Assembly: GCF_025526975.1 (NCBI RefSeq)
Contig: NW_026515669.1
Coordinates: 310,001 to 374,000 of the forward strand
From: Fimicolochytrium jonesii
Taxonomy: Eukaryota
DNA length: 64,000 bases
Reading direction: 5' to 3'
Position 1 is the first letter of the stretch; every line of letters begins with the position of its first letter. Below, one piece after another: positions 51,301 to 60,764 of this stretch. The notes beneath the pieces are model-generated. The model ran no database searches. It had not been told where the DNA came from and saw only the letters and a list, made by a program, of their open reading frames with translations. The position numbers were made by a program, and so were the translations under genes.

Positions 51301-52144
51301 CAACCTCTCATCGGCGTTCCATCCCCAGAGCGATGGACAAACCGAGCGGACCAATCAGATTCTTGAGCAATACCTTCGCTGCTTTTGCAACTATCAACAA
51401 GATAACTGGAAGGAACTCTTGTCTTCTGCTGAGTTCTCTTACAATAACACCATCCACTCCGCCACCCAGACAACCCCCTTCTACGCCAACTATGGGTTCC
51501 ATCCTCGATTCAGTCTGGCTTCCGCCACCACAACCGAATCCCTTAATCCTGCAGCCGAAGCTCGTGCCAACCATCTCAAGGAAATCCATGAACAGCTTGC
51601 CACTGAGCTCAAGGAGGCCCAAGGACGCATGAAGCGCTTTGCCGATGCTAAGAGGGCACCTGGCCCAGACATGAAACCCGGGGACAGTGTCTGGCTCTTA
51701 CAGCGGAATCTCAAGACTCTCCGACCTTCCCAGAAACTTGATCACCGTAAGATTGGCCCCTTCACAATCACGGAGAAGATCAACTCGGTCACATATCGCC
51801 TCAAGCTTCCCCCATCCTACAAAATTCACAACGTCTTCCATGTCTCCCTTCTTGAACCACGTTTCACCATTCCGGAGCGAACTGAGCCAGAACCCACCCC
51901 ACCAGAAGAAGTCGAAGGACAGGAGGAATGGATTGTGGAAGACATTCTTGACTCCCGTATTCGACGCACGCACCTTCAGTACCTCATCAAGTGGCAGGGT
52001 TGGCCAAGCTCGGAGAACACATGGGAGCCAGTGGAACACCTTGCCCGCTGTCAAGAGCTTGTTGCCCAGTTCCACCAAAAGTACCCCGACAAACCCCGAC
52101 CAAAGCCTGCCAACATCAAAACAACATCCGGACGCCCTGGCTAA
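48290..52144 (+). CDS. pol: Pol (PR-RT-RH-IN-chromodomain), probably expressed by -1 frameshift from gag
   Basis: LLDTGA, YLDDILI, ESDASD, integrase and chromodomain. The -1 frame is open from 48272 and overlaps the end of gag. Confidence 0.93.
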   Translation, partial: GFCPSPAAVKAEQLGNTCPGPSHHASTAKGEATKPCSDPGISSNTLLLTTNNVNLRSEIPSPMRILGPSSPFEYPVTLQISAQRAPVQLSALLDTGAMSCFIDESYARKHRIPLVKKEDPIALELVDGRPSHAGSITHHTQPLGMWVNDHFEEVVFHVTCSPHAPIILGLPWFELHDVELHWKTRTLCVRCHCGFGQYASWDALPTEPSPKPSRTPEPLIRIHQDEISVSLAQTPNTLDPAPTPIHVSFISAPAFRVAARHDQAFIAYANPTKSDSQALATTPPKDPKAIIPEEYQDFADVFAKKNADTLPEHRPYDCPIDLEEGKQPPFGPIYSLSEPEMQALCDYLEENLAKGFIKHSKSPAGAPVLFVKKKDGSLRLCVDYRGLNNITIKNRYPLPLINSIMDRLRGARRLTKIDLRGAYNLLRIRPGDEWKTAFRCRYGLFEYNVMPFGLTNAPGVFQHLMNDIFRDILDVFVVVYLDDILIFSKNPEDHPNHVREVLSRLRQHGLYAKPEKCEFNRDSVEFLGFIISQQGISMDPKKTAAITEWEPPTNVKGIQRFLGFANFYRRFIKGYSAIVAPLTTLTRKDLPFKWTHAAHLAFETLKKAFTSAPILTHPDPDKPFIVESDASDFALGAVLLQPDDTDQLHPVAFHSRKFTPEEINYEIYDKELLAIQDSFAQWRHHLIGARHKVIVYCDHKNLQYFMTTRTLNRRQSRWSIFFADFDFVITYRPGTQQHQADALSRRSEYELREGEEAFRSQETTILTPDHLRLAATYLTPLDSSLLDQIKAALASDVFAQTIRRQLRAPIAQQSQEDQERIKRFSEENGVLLYDNLVYVPTNKLRAEICRDMHDTRLAGHYGMSKTLELISRNYWWPSQWRFVKSYIRSCDVCAQAKTSRHKPYGLLQPLQVPDRPWGSISMDFITDLPASDGVDSVLVVICRFTKMAHFVPCRKTATAESTADLIWHHVIRLHGLPDDIVSDRGPQFNSHFWKRLFALLGTKVNLSSAFHPQSDGQTERTNQILEQYLRCFCNYQQDNWKELLSSAEFSYNNTIHSATQTTPFYANYGFHPRFSLASATTTESLNPAAEARANHLKEIHEQLATELKEAQGRMKRFADAKRAPGPDMKPGDSVWLLQRNLKTLRPSQKLDHRKIGPFTITEKINSVTYRLKLPPSYKIHNVFHVSLLEPRFTIPERTEPEPTPPEEVEGQEEWIVEDILDSRIRRTHLQYLIKWQGWPSSENTWEPVEHLARCQELVAQFHQKYPDKPRPKPANIKTTSGRPG

Positions 52145-53261
52145 AGGAGGGGGTGATGTTATGGACGACGCGTCCATACCATGCGCTTACCTCATGACAG
52201 CATCCCAACAGTCAGTCAATGTCAATTCCCTGTCAAAACCTGACATCTGCCAAACCTCGCAGCCGCACGCAGCCGCGCTACCCCACACCTGCCACTGCCT
52301 TCATTTCTCCACGCAGCCGCACGTAGCCACACCTCCCAACACTCGGCGCTTACAAACCCTTCTCCATACTTCCCCACGTACCCGCCCACAGCCTCAGCGT
52401 AGCCACCCCATCCCCAGTCTTCTGTTTCTATGCTTCCCCACCCTTTGCGCTTCTCTTGGCTTCCCTCTCATTCCGTACCCTTCTGCTTCCCCACGCTTCC
52501 CCAGCCTTCCCAGAAAAGCATAAATAGCCGCCTCCCCTGAGCTCCCCACTTCCTGATCCCCCAGCAGATCAACACCAGTTCTTCCTAGTCTTGTTCTAGT
52601 TCTTGTTTCGGTCTGAATACCATTACCTGTCAACAACCTGCACCACAAGTCGCCTCTATTTCCGTCGGCTCCGCCCATTCATAACAATTCGTCTGAGGAT
52701 TTTACGGAAATTTCATGACGAACTTGCCACCGGAGGACATCTCGGTGTTAAGAAGACTTTCCCGAGAATTCTTACGGACTATTACTGGCCTACCGTACGC
52801 TCCAACGTCATCAAATATGTTGGAACTTGCAAATCTTGTCAACCATTCAAACCTGGCCATCGTCAATACGAATTTCTTCGACCTCTTCCTATACCTTTTG
52901 GAAGATGGCACACGATCGGATTCGATTTTTTTGAAGTAGATGAAACAAACTCTTGTCTCGTTTGCATTGATTACCTTTCCAGACGTGTGATCCTAACGCC
53001 GATCAAGGAGACAATCACTGGATGCGAACTAGCCCAAGTCTTCTTAGATCATGTATGGAAACATGTCGGTACGCTAAAAGTCTTCGTTACGGATTGCGAA
53101 CCTCACGCACTTTCCGACTTCTTCCTCGCATTCGATATTCTCCCCGGTGCAAAACACGAACTCGCAACGGCTCGTCATCAGCAGACCGACGGCAAAGTTG
53201 AGCGAGCCATCCAAACCCTGAAAAGGATTTGGAAGCAATATCTCAACTACAATAAAAGCAT

Positions 53262-56200
53262 TTAGCAGTAGTCGGCAGAGGAAGCAGATGACTGAGCGAA
53301 CTCTATGTTGTGTGAGATGTAGTACTGTGAAGTATGTATTGCCTGGTGTAGAAAGAGGACGCGAGGTCCAAAAGGGAAGAAAAGGGTGAAGTCCCGTACG
53401 CAGAAGCGTGGCGTAAGCGGGAGGGAAGTCACGTGAAGAAATAAACTACGGGAACCTTAACCGGGGACTCGGGAGGATGATACCTTCAACACCCCCACTC
53501 AAACTCACGAGTCTATCTAAGTGAAAGGTAAATCTAAACAATGAGTACAATGGTGCGGCCGTACGCGAAAAGCGGGCGGACGTCGGGTAAATAGCTATGA
53601 CCAAAATGAAGGGAAATGAAAGAGCAAAATGAAAGAAGAGGGAACCGCCGCGAGTATAAAACAAGAGACAGCTGTCAGTTGCCCCAGAGAGGTAAGACCA
53701 ACGTTCCCCATACTCAACTACCGTATCCCAGACTACTACACAATACGCTGTAGTATTGCGCTTCGAACTGCGCATGAAATTGATAATATTTCTACGCCGA
53801 TTATACGCCTAGAATCTTCGACGAGCGAATGAAATCATCTTTATACGACAACGTCAAAATACTGTCAAAACTTCCGACAATAAATCGACACACTTGCGTT
53901 CCCGACACTCCGACGATTACCAAATACAACTACCTTTACCGAAACCTTGCTTCACAACGACGTTGTGTCCTTGGATATGGCTGACATGCAAAAAATGTAG
54001 GCGTAGGAGAGGATCTCACACATGAAAGCACCCCCGACCCGACTCTCAACAAACCAGAAGCTCCCACGACGCCTGAAACGCTGAAGAAATCACCTGCGAA
54101 ACGAGAAAACCAATTTCCGGTGGCCGTATACGCCGAACGTGGCAGAAGACCCAGAGAAAAGATTAGCGATAAGACTGTATCAACGCCAAAATTGCGAATG
54201 GAAAAAGGAAAAACTACGTAGACCGCCGCAGGAAAAGAAAAAAATACCCCGACGTAGCTAAATCCTCTAGAGACGACTAGTAGAGAGTTTGGACTTCGAC
54301 AAAATCCCGTAGCCTAGAAAAATCCATATAAAAACCCGCCTGTTTTCCCCAGACCTTTGTACCATACGCAAAACCCAGATCCGTGCACGCAGAACACAGA
54401 TCCCGATTAACAACAGAGCTTTCTACTTCTCTACTCCCGACGACTTCTTTCAGTTTCAGATAGACTTTCAAGGCGTGCTCATAGACCTGGAGAGCTTAGA
54501 CAAGACGACCCCGAGTGTTGCGACTTGTACTTTGCTGACGTCGCCCAGGACTTGATGGTTCAGGAATCTCGTAAGAAGAGCTGAGAGCGAGATTGGATAA
54601 CCCCGTTGTTTTGTTTTGTAGTGAAACCCGCAGATATTCCGATTCCGTATTTTGTACCCGTACCCGTAATTCAAGACCCCGTATTAGAAGAAGGACTCCT
54701 TTGAAAGCACCTGGATATCAAGGTGGCAAGACGATGCTCTCGCTTGAGATCTCTTCTTGTGCTATTGAGAGACCGGCAGCTTATTTTTCCCGACACCCGA
54801 CCATAATCCCGTATTCGACAGACCCTTGCTTCTGCCGGCCACCACCACAACGCAAAACAATGGCAAATGGAGGCAAGAACGGCGGGAGTGGCAAGAAGAG
54901 CGGCGACGGCAAGAAGAACCAAACGGCCCGTACAACGGGGACGCCAGCAGCCCCTCTAGCTGCACCCCCGCCGGGACCCTCACGACTGACTACGCGCTCT
55001 ACGCGCGCATCGTCCGCAGCGACTGCAAGCGACTCTTCGATGTCGAAATCCCAAGTGAGAGAAGCTCTTCGACTGGCGACGGAAGTGGCGACGTTGCGGT
55101 ACCGGAAGGATAACCATGAGAACCTCGCAAAACACCTGGCGTTTAGTCAGGCGAAGCTGCAGCGATCGAAGCGAAAGAAGGGGTCGTTCGAGGCATTGAT
55201 GGAGGAGGCAGACTACCTGGGATGTAAGGCAGTCTCGGAGTCGCGGTACAAAGGAAAAGGGGGCATAACAAAGGAGAAAATGAAAGAGGCGAAGCGCCGC
55301 CGTGATGCGGCCGAGCGACGGGAGCAAGACAAGTTGATGAAGCGACTCCAGTACTTGCGAAAGCACATGGATGATTCATCTTCGAGTGATGCCGGAGGTG
55401 GTGACGGAAACGGCGGCAGAGGTGGTCCAGGGGGTCCGCCCTGGTGGAGGCGGAGCCGGAGCCGGTAGAGCCCCCGGTGCCGGGGGAGCGGCGGCTATCA
55501 CGGTGGCGGGTTAAGGTGCCAGAGTTGTATATAGTGCCCAGAAGCCGTCCCGGTATGGGTGTTCCGTATGTCTCATTCGGACGTAGTCGTCGCCGGCTGT
55601 CTATTGCTAGCGACACGTCCTTCGTGAATTGCTTGAATACATTTGTATGTGTCTCGGGAGGAAAAGGTTTTGTGAAGTAATCAGCCAGTTGTTCCTGCGT
55701 CGCGGTGTCGAGGAGTATGACGTCTTTCTTTGCCACGCCGTTGCGTAGCTTGTGGTAGCGTACATCAATGTGTTTGGAGCGTTGAGTAATAGCCGTGGAG
55801 TTGGCAATCTCGTGGGCGCTCTGATTGTCGATGTGGAGAGGCGTGGGGTCCTTGATGTTGCCGTATTGGTCGCCGAAGACCTCCGCGATGATCGAGCGGA
55901 GCCAGATGACCTCGTTGTAACCGAGGGATGCGGCGATATACTCAGCTTCCGTGGAGCTGAGAGCTACGCTCTTCTGCTTGGTGCTTTTCCAGTAGATAAG
56001 CTGGCCGTTGAAGAAGGCGGCGATGCCCACGATAGATTTGCGGTCGTTGACATCGTCTGCGTAGGATGCGTCTGTATAGACGCGAAGTCCAGCTTGATCT
56101 GAATGACCGGACTTGTAGGTAAGCTCGAAGGTGCGGGTACCTTTGAAGTAGCGCATGATGCGAAGTACATCATTCCAGTCGGCTTGGGTAGGAGCTGAGA

Positions 56201-57775
56201 CTTGACGTGCGACGAAGCCGACGGCAGTTGAAATATCCCAGCGCCAGGTAATGGATGACCACGTGAGGGCTCCCAATGCTTCCTGGTAGAGAAGCTTGTT
56301 AGGAAAAGGGGGGCTTGCGGAGGCTGGTCTTGTACGCGTTGAGACGGCGCACGGCGTAGAGACCGGTGTAGCGTTTTGTTGTCCAAATTGTTCGAGTAAA
56401 CCGTTGATATAGGTAACTTTGCTGATTGTGAGGTGGTTCCCTGACGGCGAGAGCTGGTAATCAAAGACTAGACCCAGGTAATTCTGGATGGGACCGAGAT
56501 CCGTACAGTTGAAATGGGAACATAGTTCACCTTTCACTTGTTTGACGTGTACGGGAAAGCAGCAGGCGATGAAGTCGTCCACATAGATAAGGAGCATCTG
56601 GAGTGTGTCCATAGTGCGCGTCGTGCTCGCGTAGCGATAGAAGACGCCATAGGCAGTCCTTTAGCGGAGTAAAGCCAAGAGAACCTAGGGTTTCGCAAAG
56701 GGTACGGTACCAGAGAAGCGGAGATTGCTTCAGACCATATAGAGCCTTGCGTAAGAGGTATACCCAGTCTGCGCGCGGCTTGTGCGGATCTTTGCAGCCT
56801 TGAAATTGTTCAACATAGACAGGTCCGTCAATGTCGCTGCATAAGAACGCGTTGGGGACATCAAGCTGATGGATTTCCATACCAAGAGAGATGGCAATGG
56901 AGAGGAAAAGGCGAAGAACTGACATGGGTAGGGTTGGAGCGTAGGTGTCATTATAATCAATACCCTTGGATTGATGAAAACCTTGAACTACACCGCAGCC
57001 CTTGAATTTCTTGAAAGTACCGTCTGGAATTGAAGATTTGACGAAGTACCCAAGTGCTACCGAGTACGCGCTGATTGCGCGGACGGGGTACGAGCTCCCA
57101 AGTACCGTTATCGACGAGAGCTTGGAACTCTTTATCAGCTGCGAGCTTGAAGTCAGCTGATTGAGGGGAGGCCATCGCTTGGCGCCAGGTCATAGTGACG
57201 GATTGAGGTGTGTCTTCGGTACGCGCATTGAATGTGTTTGAGAGGGCCTCAATGGTTCGGGCGTTGAAAGCGGCTGGACGAGACTCCCAGATATGCAACG
57301 CTTCAGTCTCAATGAGATCGGAGCGTGGTTGCCAGGTCGGGGTAGTAAAACCAACCCACTTGACGAGGTATTCGTTTTGGACATTCTTGCCGCGGCGCTG
57401 ACGTTCGGAAAGGATGTGTTCGATAGGGAACTCCTCTTGCGAGGTGGGAGCGTCTTCTAGAAGATCTAGGAGAGCAGGATCTTGATGAAGGTGCTCAGGG
57501 AGTCTAGTAGATTCGTCGAAACAAACGTCACGGGAGACCATGACAGCATTGCGTACAGGATCCCATACATGATAACCTTTGATGCCTTGTTGGTGAGCAT
57601 ATCCCACTAGGTACGTCTTGGTAGCACGATTTGCCATCTTGTCCCGGCCCTTGGGTGGAACGACTGTATACGTGAGACATCCAAGCTTGCGCAGATGCGC
57701 GATGCTTGGGCGGCGACCGGTAAGGAATTCGGAGCGCGATTTAGCGTCCGGGGATGCAATTGAATGCGGGTAGAG
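53262..57775 (-). mobile_element. 5'-truncated Ty1/Copia element with a chromodomain, long 3' region and ~230-bp 3' LTR (53491-53262)
   Basis: Minus-strand order: integrase C-terminal SH3-like region (LRKLGC...SRDVCFDE), chromodomain, RT (HQLDVPNAFL, KALYGLKQSP, IYVDD), RNase H (YTDASYA, SSTEAEY, KHIDVRYH, ADYFTK). PPT GAGTGGGGG + TGTTG at 53491. Frameshifts in RT. Linking the LTR to this pol is inferred. Confidence 0.75.
54860..55468 (+). CDS. Basic 202-aa ORF antisense to the Copia, in its 3' region
   Basis: MANGGKNGGSGKK...; K/R-rich and helical-looking; uninterrupted; no family recognised. Confidence 0.5.
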   Translation: MANGGKNGGSGKKSGDGKKNQTARTTGTPAAPLAAPPPGPSRLTTRSTRASSAATASDSSMSKSQVREALRLATEVATLRYRKDNHENLAKHLAFSQAKLQRSKRKKGSFEALMEEADYLGCKAVSESRYKGKGGITKEKMKEAKRRRDAAERREQDKLMKRLQYLRKHMDDSSSSDAGGGDGNGGRGGPGGPPWWRRSRSR

Positions 57776-58235
57776 GCGGAAGGTGCTACAGGATACCACA
57801 AACTCAATCAAACCCAATCTAGCTACTACAACCCGATCACAGGTCCATACAGTCACAACTGACTGCTATGAGCTCTAAGAACATCATAAAAGCGCAGTGC
57901 TGACGCCTGGATGTCTGGGAAACGGTCCAGACATCTTCAGAGCCTCCCAAGACGTGTCCTAAGTCTTGCAGAGCCTTCTAAGTGCCGCATCTTCATGCTA
58001 TCTCAATACCCCCTCTCACTTGAAGGCTCTGCAGCCTCTAAGTGCATCGCAGCTCTCAGACGTGTGAAGTCTGGCATGGGGAGGGGCTTGGTGAGCGCAT
58101 CAGCTATCATCTCCTTTGTTGGGCAGTACTGGAGGGTAACTGTCTTGTGTGCGACTTGTTCACGAATGAAGTGGTATCAGATGTCGATGTGCTTGTTTCG
58201 TGCATGGTGAACTGTGTTTGTGGCGAGTGCCATAG
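57776..58235 (-). mobile_element. Copia family 2 fragment: RNase H end, PPT and partial LTR (58008-57776)
   Basis: Reverse complement of ~59455-59910; KHIDI*YHFIREQ...ADALTKPL. Confidence 0.85.
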
Positions 58236-58238
58236 CTC

Positions 58239-60006
58239 TATTGAGATAGCATCAAGATGCGGCACTTAGAAGGCTCTGCAAGACTTAGGACGCGTCTTGG
58301 AAGGCTTTGAAGATGTCTGAACCAGTTCCCAGACATCCAGGCGTCAGCACTGCGCTTTCATGATGTTCTTAGAGCTCATGGCGGTCAGTAGTGCCCGTAT
58401 GGAGCTGTGATTGGGTTGTGATAGCTAGATTGGGCTTTATTGAGCTTGTGGAAGCCTGTTGCACCTTCCGCGGGCTCCGCGAACTTGGCAGACGTCCATG
58501 AGGGCATCAGCAGGCTACACAGACTTGGCAAAACCTTACCAACCTTAACTGCGGCACTCAGAGACTCGAAATCCACGGCACTCTCATTGAGAAAGGCTTC
58601 CCTCGTCTTGATTCAGACCATTGCGTCTATATCAGGTTCTTTGAGGGCTGGATTTTCATCCTGATCCTCTATGTGGACGATCTCATACTTATGAGCAACA
58701 AGAGACTCGATCTTGACAGCTTCAAGGCCAAGGAACTTCATAAGGCGTATGAAATGCGTGATCTAGGTGCCCTGCACTACTTCCTGGGTCTCCTAGTCAC
58801 TCGAGACCGAGCCAAACGACTCCTGACGCTCAACCAGACTGGGTACATCGAAAATGCCTTGAAACATACGGGATGACCGATTGCAAGCCTGTATCAACTC
58901 CCAGCGTCGTTGGAACCCCTCTCACGAAGGAAATGGCACCTCAAACGCCTGAAGAGAGTGCAGAGATGCAGAACAAGCCCTATCGAGCCATTGTCGGCAG
59001 TCTGATCTATGCAATGATCGGCACAAGACCAGACATAGCCCAAGCAGTTGGAGATGTGAGCCAGTTCTTAGCCAATCCAGGCAAGGGACATTGGAAAGCT
59101 GCCAAACGCATTTTGGCGTATCTCAAGACGACCAAACACTACCAACTTCGACTGGGAGCCGTCCAAGGAACCCCCAAACTCGTGGGATGGTCAGACTCAG
59201 GCTGGGGAGGGTGCCCAGACACTCGAAGATCGACCACAGGATACCTCTTCACCTTCGGTGGTCCAGTAAGCTGAAAATCACGCAAACAACGCACTACAGC
59301 ACTCTCCTCCACCGAAGGCGAATACATGGCACTCACAGACGCCTGTAAAGAAGCCATGTGGCTCAGATCTCTACTCAGAGAACTGAGCACGCACCAAGAC
59401 AAGACAGGAGTCGTCCAAGGCCCCACAGTCATCTGGGAAGACAACCAAGGAGCTATGACCTGGCCACAAACCCAGTTCACCATGCACAAACCAAGCACAT
59501 CGACATCCGATACCACTTCATTCGTGAACAAGTCGCACACGAGACAGTTACCCCCCAGTACTGCCCAACAAAGGAGATGATAGCTGATGCACTCACCAAA
59601 CCCCTTCCCATGCCGGACTTCACACGTCTGAGCGCTGCGATGCACTTAGAGGCTGCAGAGCCTTCAAGTGAGAGGGAGTATTGAAATGGCATCAAGATGC
59701 GGCACTTAGAAGGCTCTGCAAGACTTAGGACGCATCATGAGAGGCTCGGAAAATGTCTGGACCGTTTCTCAGACATCCAGGCGTCAGCACTGCGCTTTCA
59801 GGATGTTCCTAGAGCTCATAGCGGTCAGTAGTGTCCGTGTGGAGCCGTGATCGGGTTGTAGTAGCTAGATTGGGCTTGATAGAGCTTGTGGTAGCCTGTA
59901 GCACCTTCAGCGGACTTGGCAGACGCCCATGGGGCAGCAGGTACCTGTGAGGCTACACAGACTTGGCAAAACCTTACAACCGTACCAACCTTAACTGCGG
60001 CACTCA
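58239..60006 (+). mobile_element. Copia family 2: LTR (58239-58560), RT/RNase H fragment, PPT, LTR (59679-60006)
   Basis: Two ~325-bp direct repeats TATTGA...CACTCA; LYVDDL, YAMIGTRPDIA, WSDSGWGG, SSTEGEY; stops and frameshifts; no gag or integrase between the LTRs. Confidence 0.85.
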
Positions 60007-60272
60007 GGGACGCCTTGGGCGTTCTGAGGGGGTCTCAGAGGGTGCTTTGGACGCCCCAGCACATAGCTAAATCCCCAACAAAGAAGCCCTAGATTCGTAT
60101 AAAAGGCCGACCTGTTGCCCATCCCCTCTCTTCACTTTATCCTCTTCAATACACTACTTTCTCTCGCAATACTCTCGCCACACTACTGTCTTCCGCATCA
60201 CAACACTGCCCTTTGGGCAGCTACGTCCCTCAGTCATCGGCGAACCAGTCTTAGTGACCTCTCAGATACACC

Positions 60273-60614
60273 TATGTCAGCTAAGGTTTCAATAGGTATC
60301 GCCAAACTTATTCATGCGATGGCTTGGATCGCCTCCCCCAATGAATATTTTTCCAACTGTGACACAATCAAGGGTCTCATCAACTCTAACAAGGGATCTC
60401 TCCCAAAAGACGATTGCTGGTCCATCTATACGCACATTTGGATTTCGCCAGTCGATTGCCACTTCAATGTCGAGGACAAGGGTTTCACAGCTCAGTACAC
60501 CTTTGACGACTTCGGCGATGGGGGAGATCTTGAACTCATTGATGCAGGTGTTGTTCTAAAGCAGGAAGTCGGTACCTTAACCCTGAGCAAACCTTCTTCA
60601 TCATTCAGTGACTG
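60273..60614 (+). CDS. Hypothetical ~113-aa protein convergent with the P-like transposase (stop at 60613-60615)
   Basis: ATG 60273; TATAAAAG at ~60098; no recognised motif. Confidence 0.35.
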
Positions 60615-60764
60615 ACTACTCGAGGGGCAATCGGTATGTGCATTCGATGTATATGCAAAACAAAGTACGCAATGCTGTACAGAGGAAAACTGGAGATGTC
60701 GAGTCGTAGAGTCTGTTTTTGTATGTACTGTACTATGTATCATATATATACGAGTCTTTTCAAA

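Larger units (their letters stand above)
46807..52686 (+). mobile_element. Full-length chromodomain Ty3/Gypsy retrotransposon (LTRs 46807-47338 and 52157-52686; TSD ATTCG)
   Basis: Near-identical TG...CA LTRs, 5-bp TSD at 46802-46806 and 52687-52691, PPT AAAGGAGGGGG, gag and pol. Confidence 0.97.
46070..53261 (+). pseudogene. Decayed Gypsy pol (RNase H 46070-46806; integrase 52692-53261) split by the chromovirus insertion
   Basis: VYTDSSGYAIAG...FFSRKM...YPMHEQELLA; RLYVPEDIR|LRILRKFHDELATGGHLG...CKSC...HQQTDGKVERAI; internal stop codons. Confidence 0.85.

Noticed and set aside
45736..53458. 200-bp direct repeats read as the two LTRs of one element enclosing the decayed Gypsy
   Set aside because: The right copy has a minus-strand PPT on its outer side and cuts the Gypsy integrase, so these are better explained as separate Copia LTR copies; no shared TSD.
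55143..55600. C-terminal extension of Copia pol beyond RNase H
   Set aside because: Reads as the antisense shadow of the plus-strand ORF, not as a domain.
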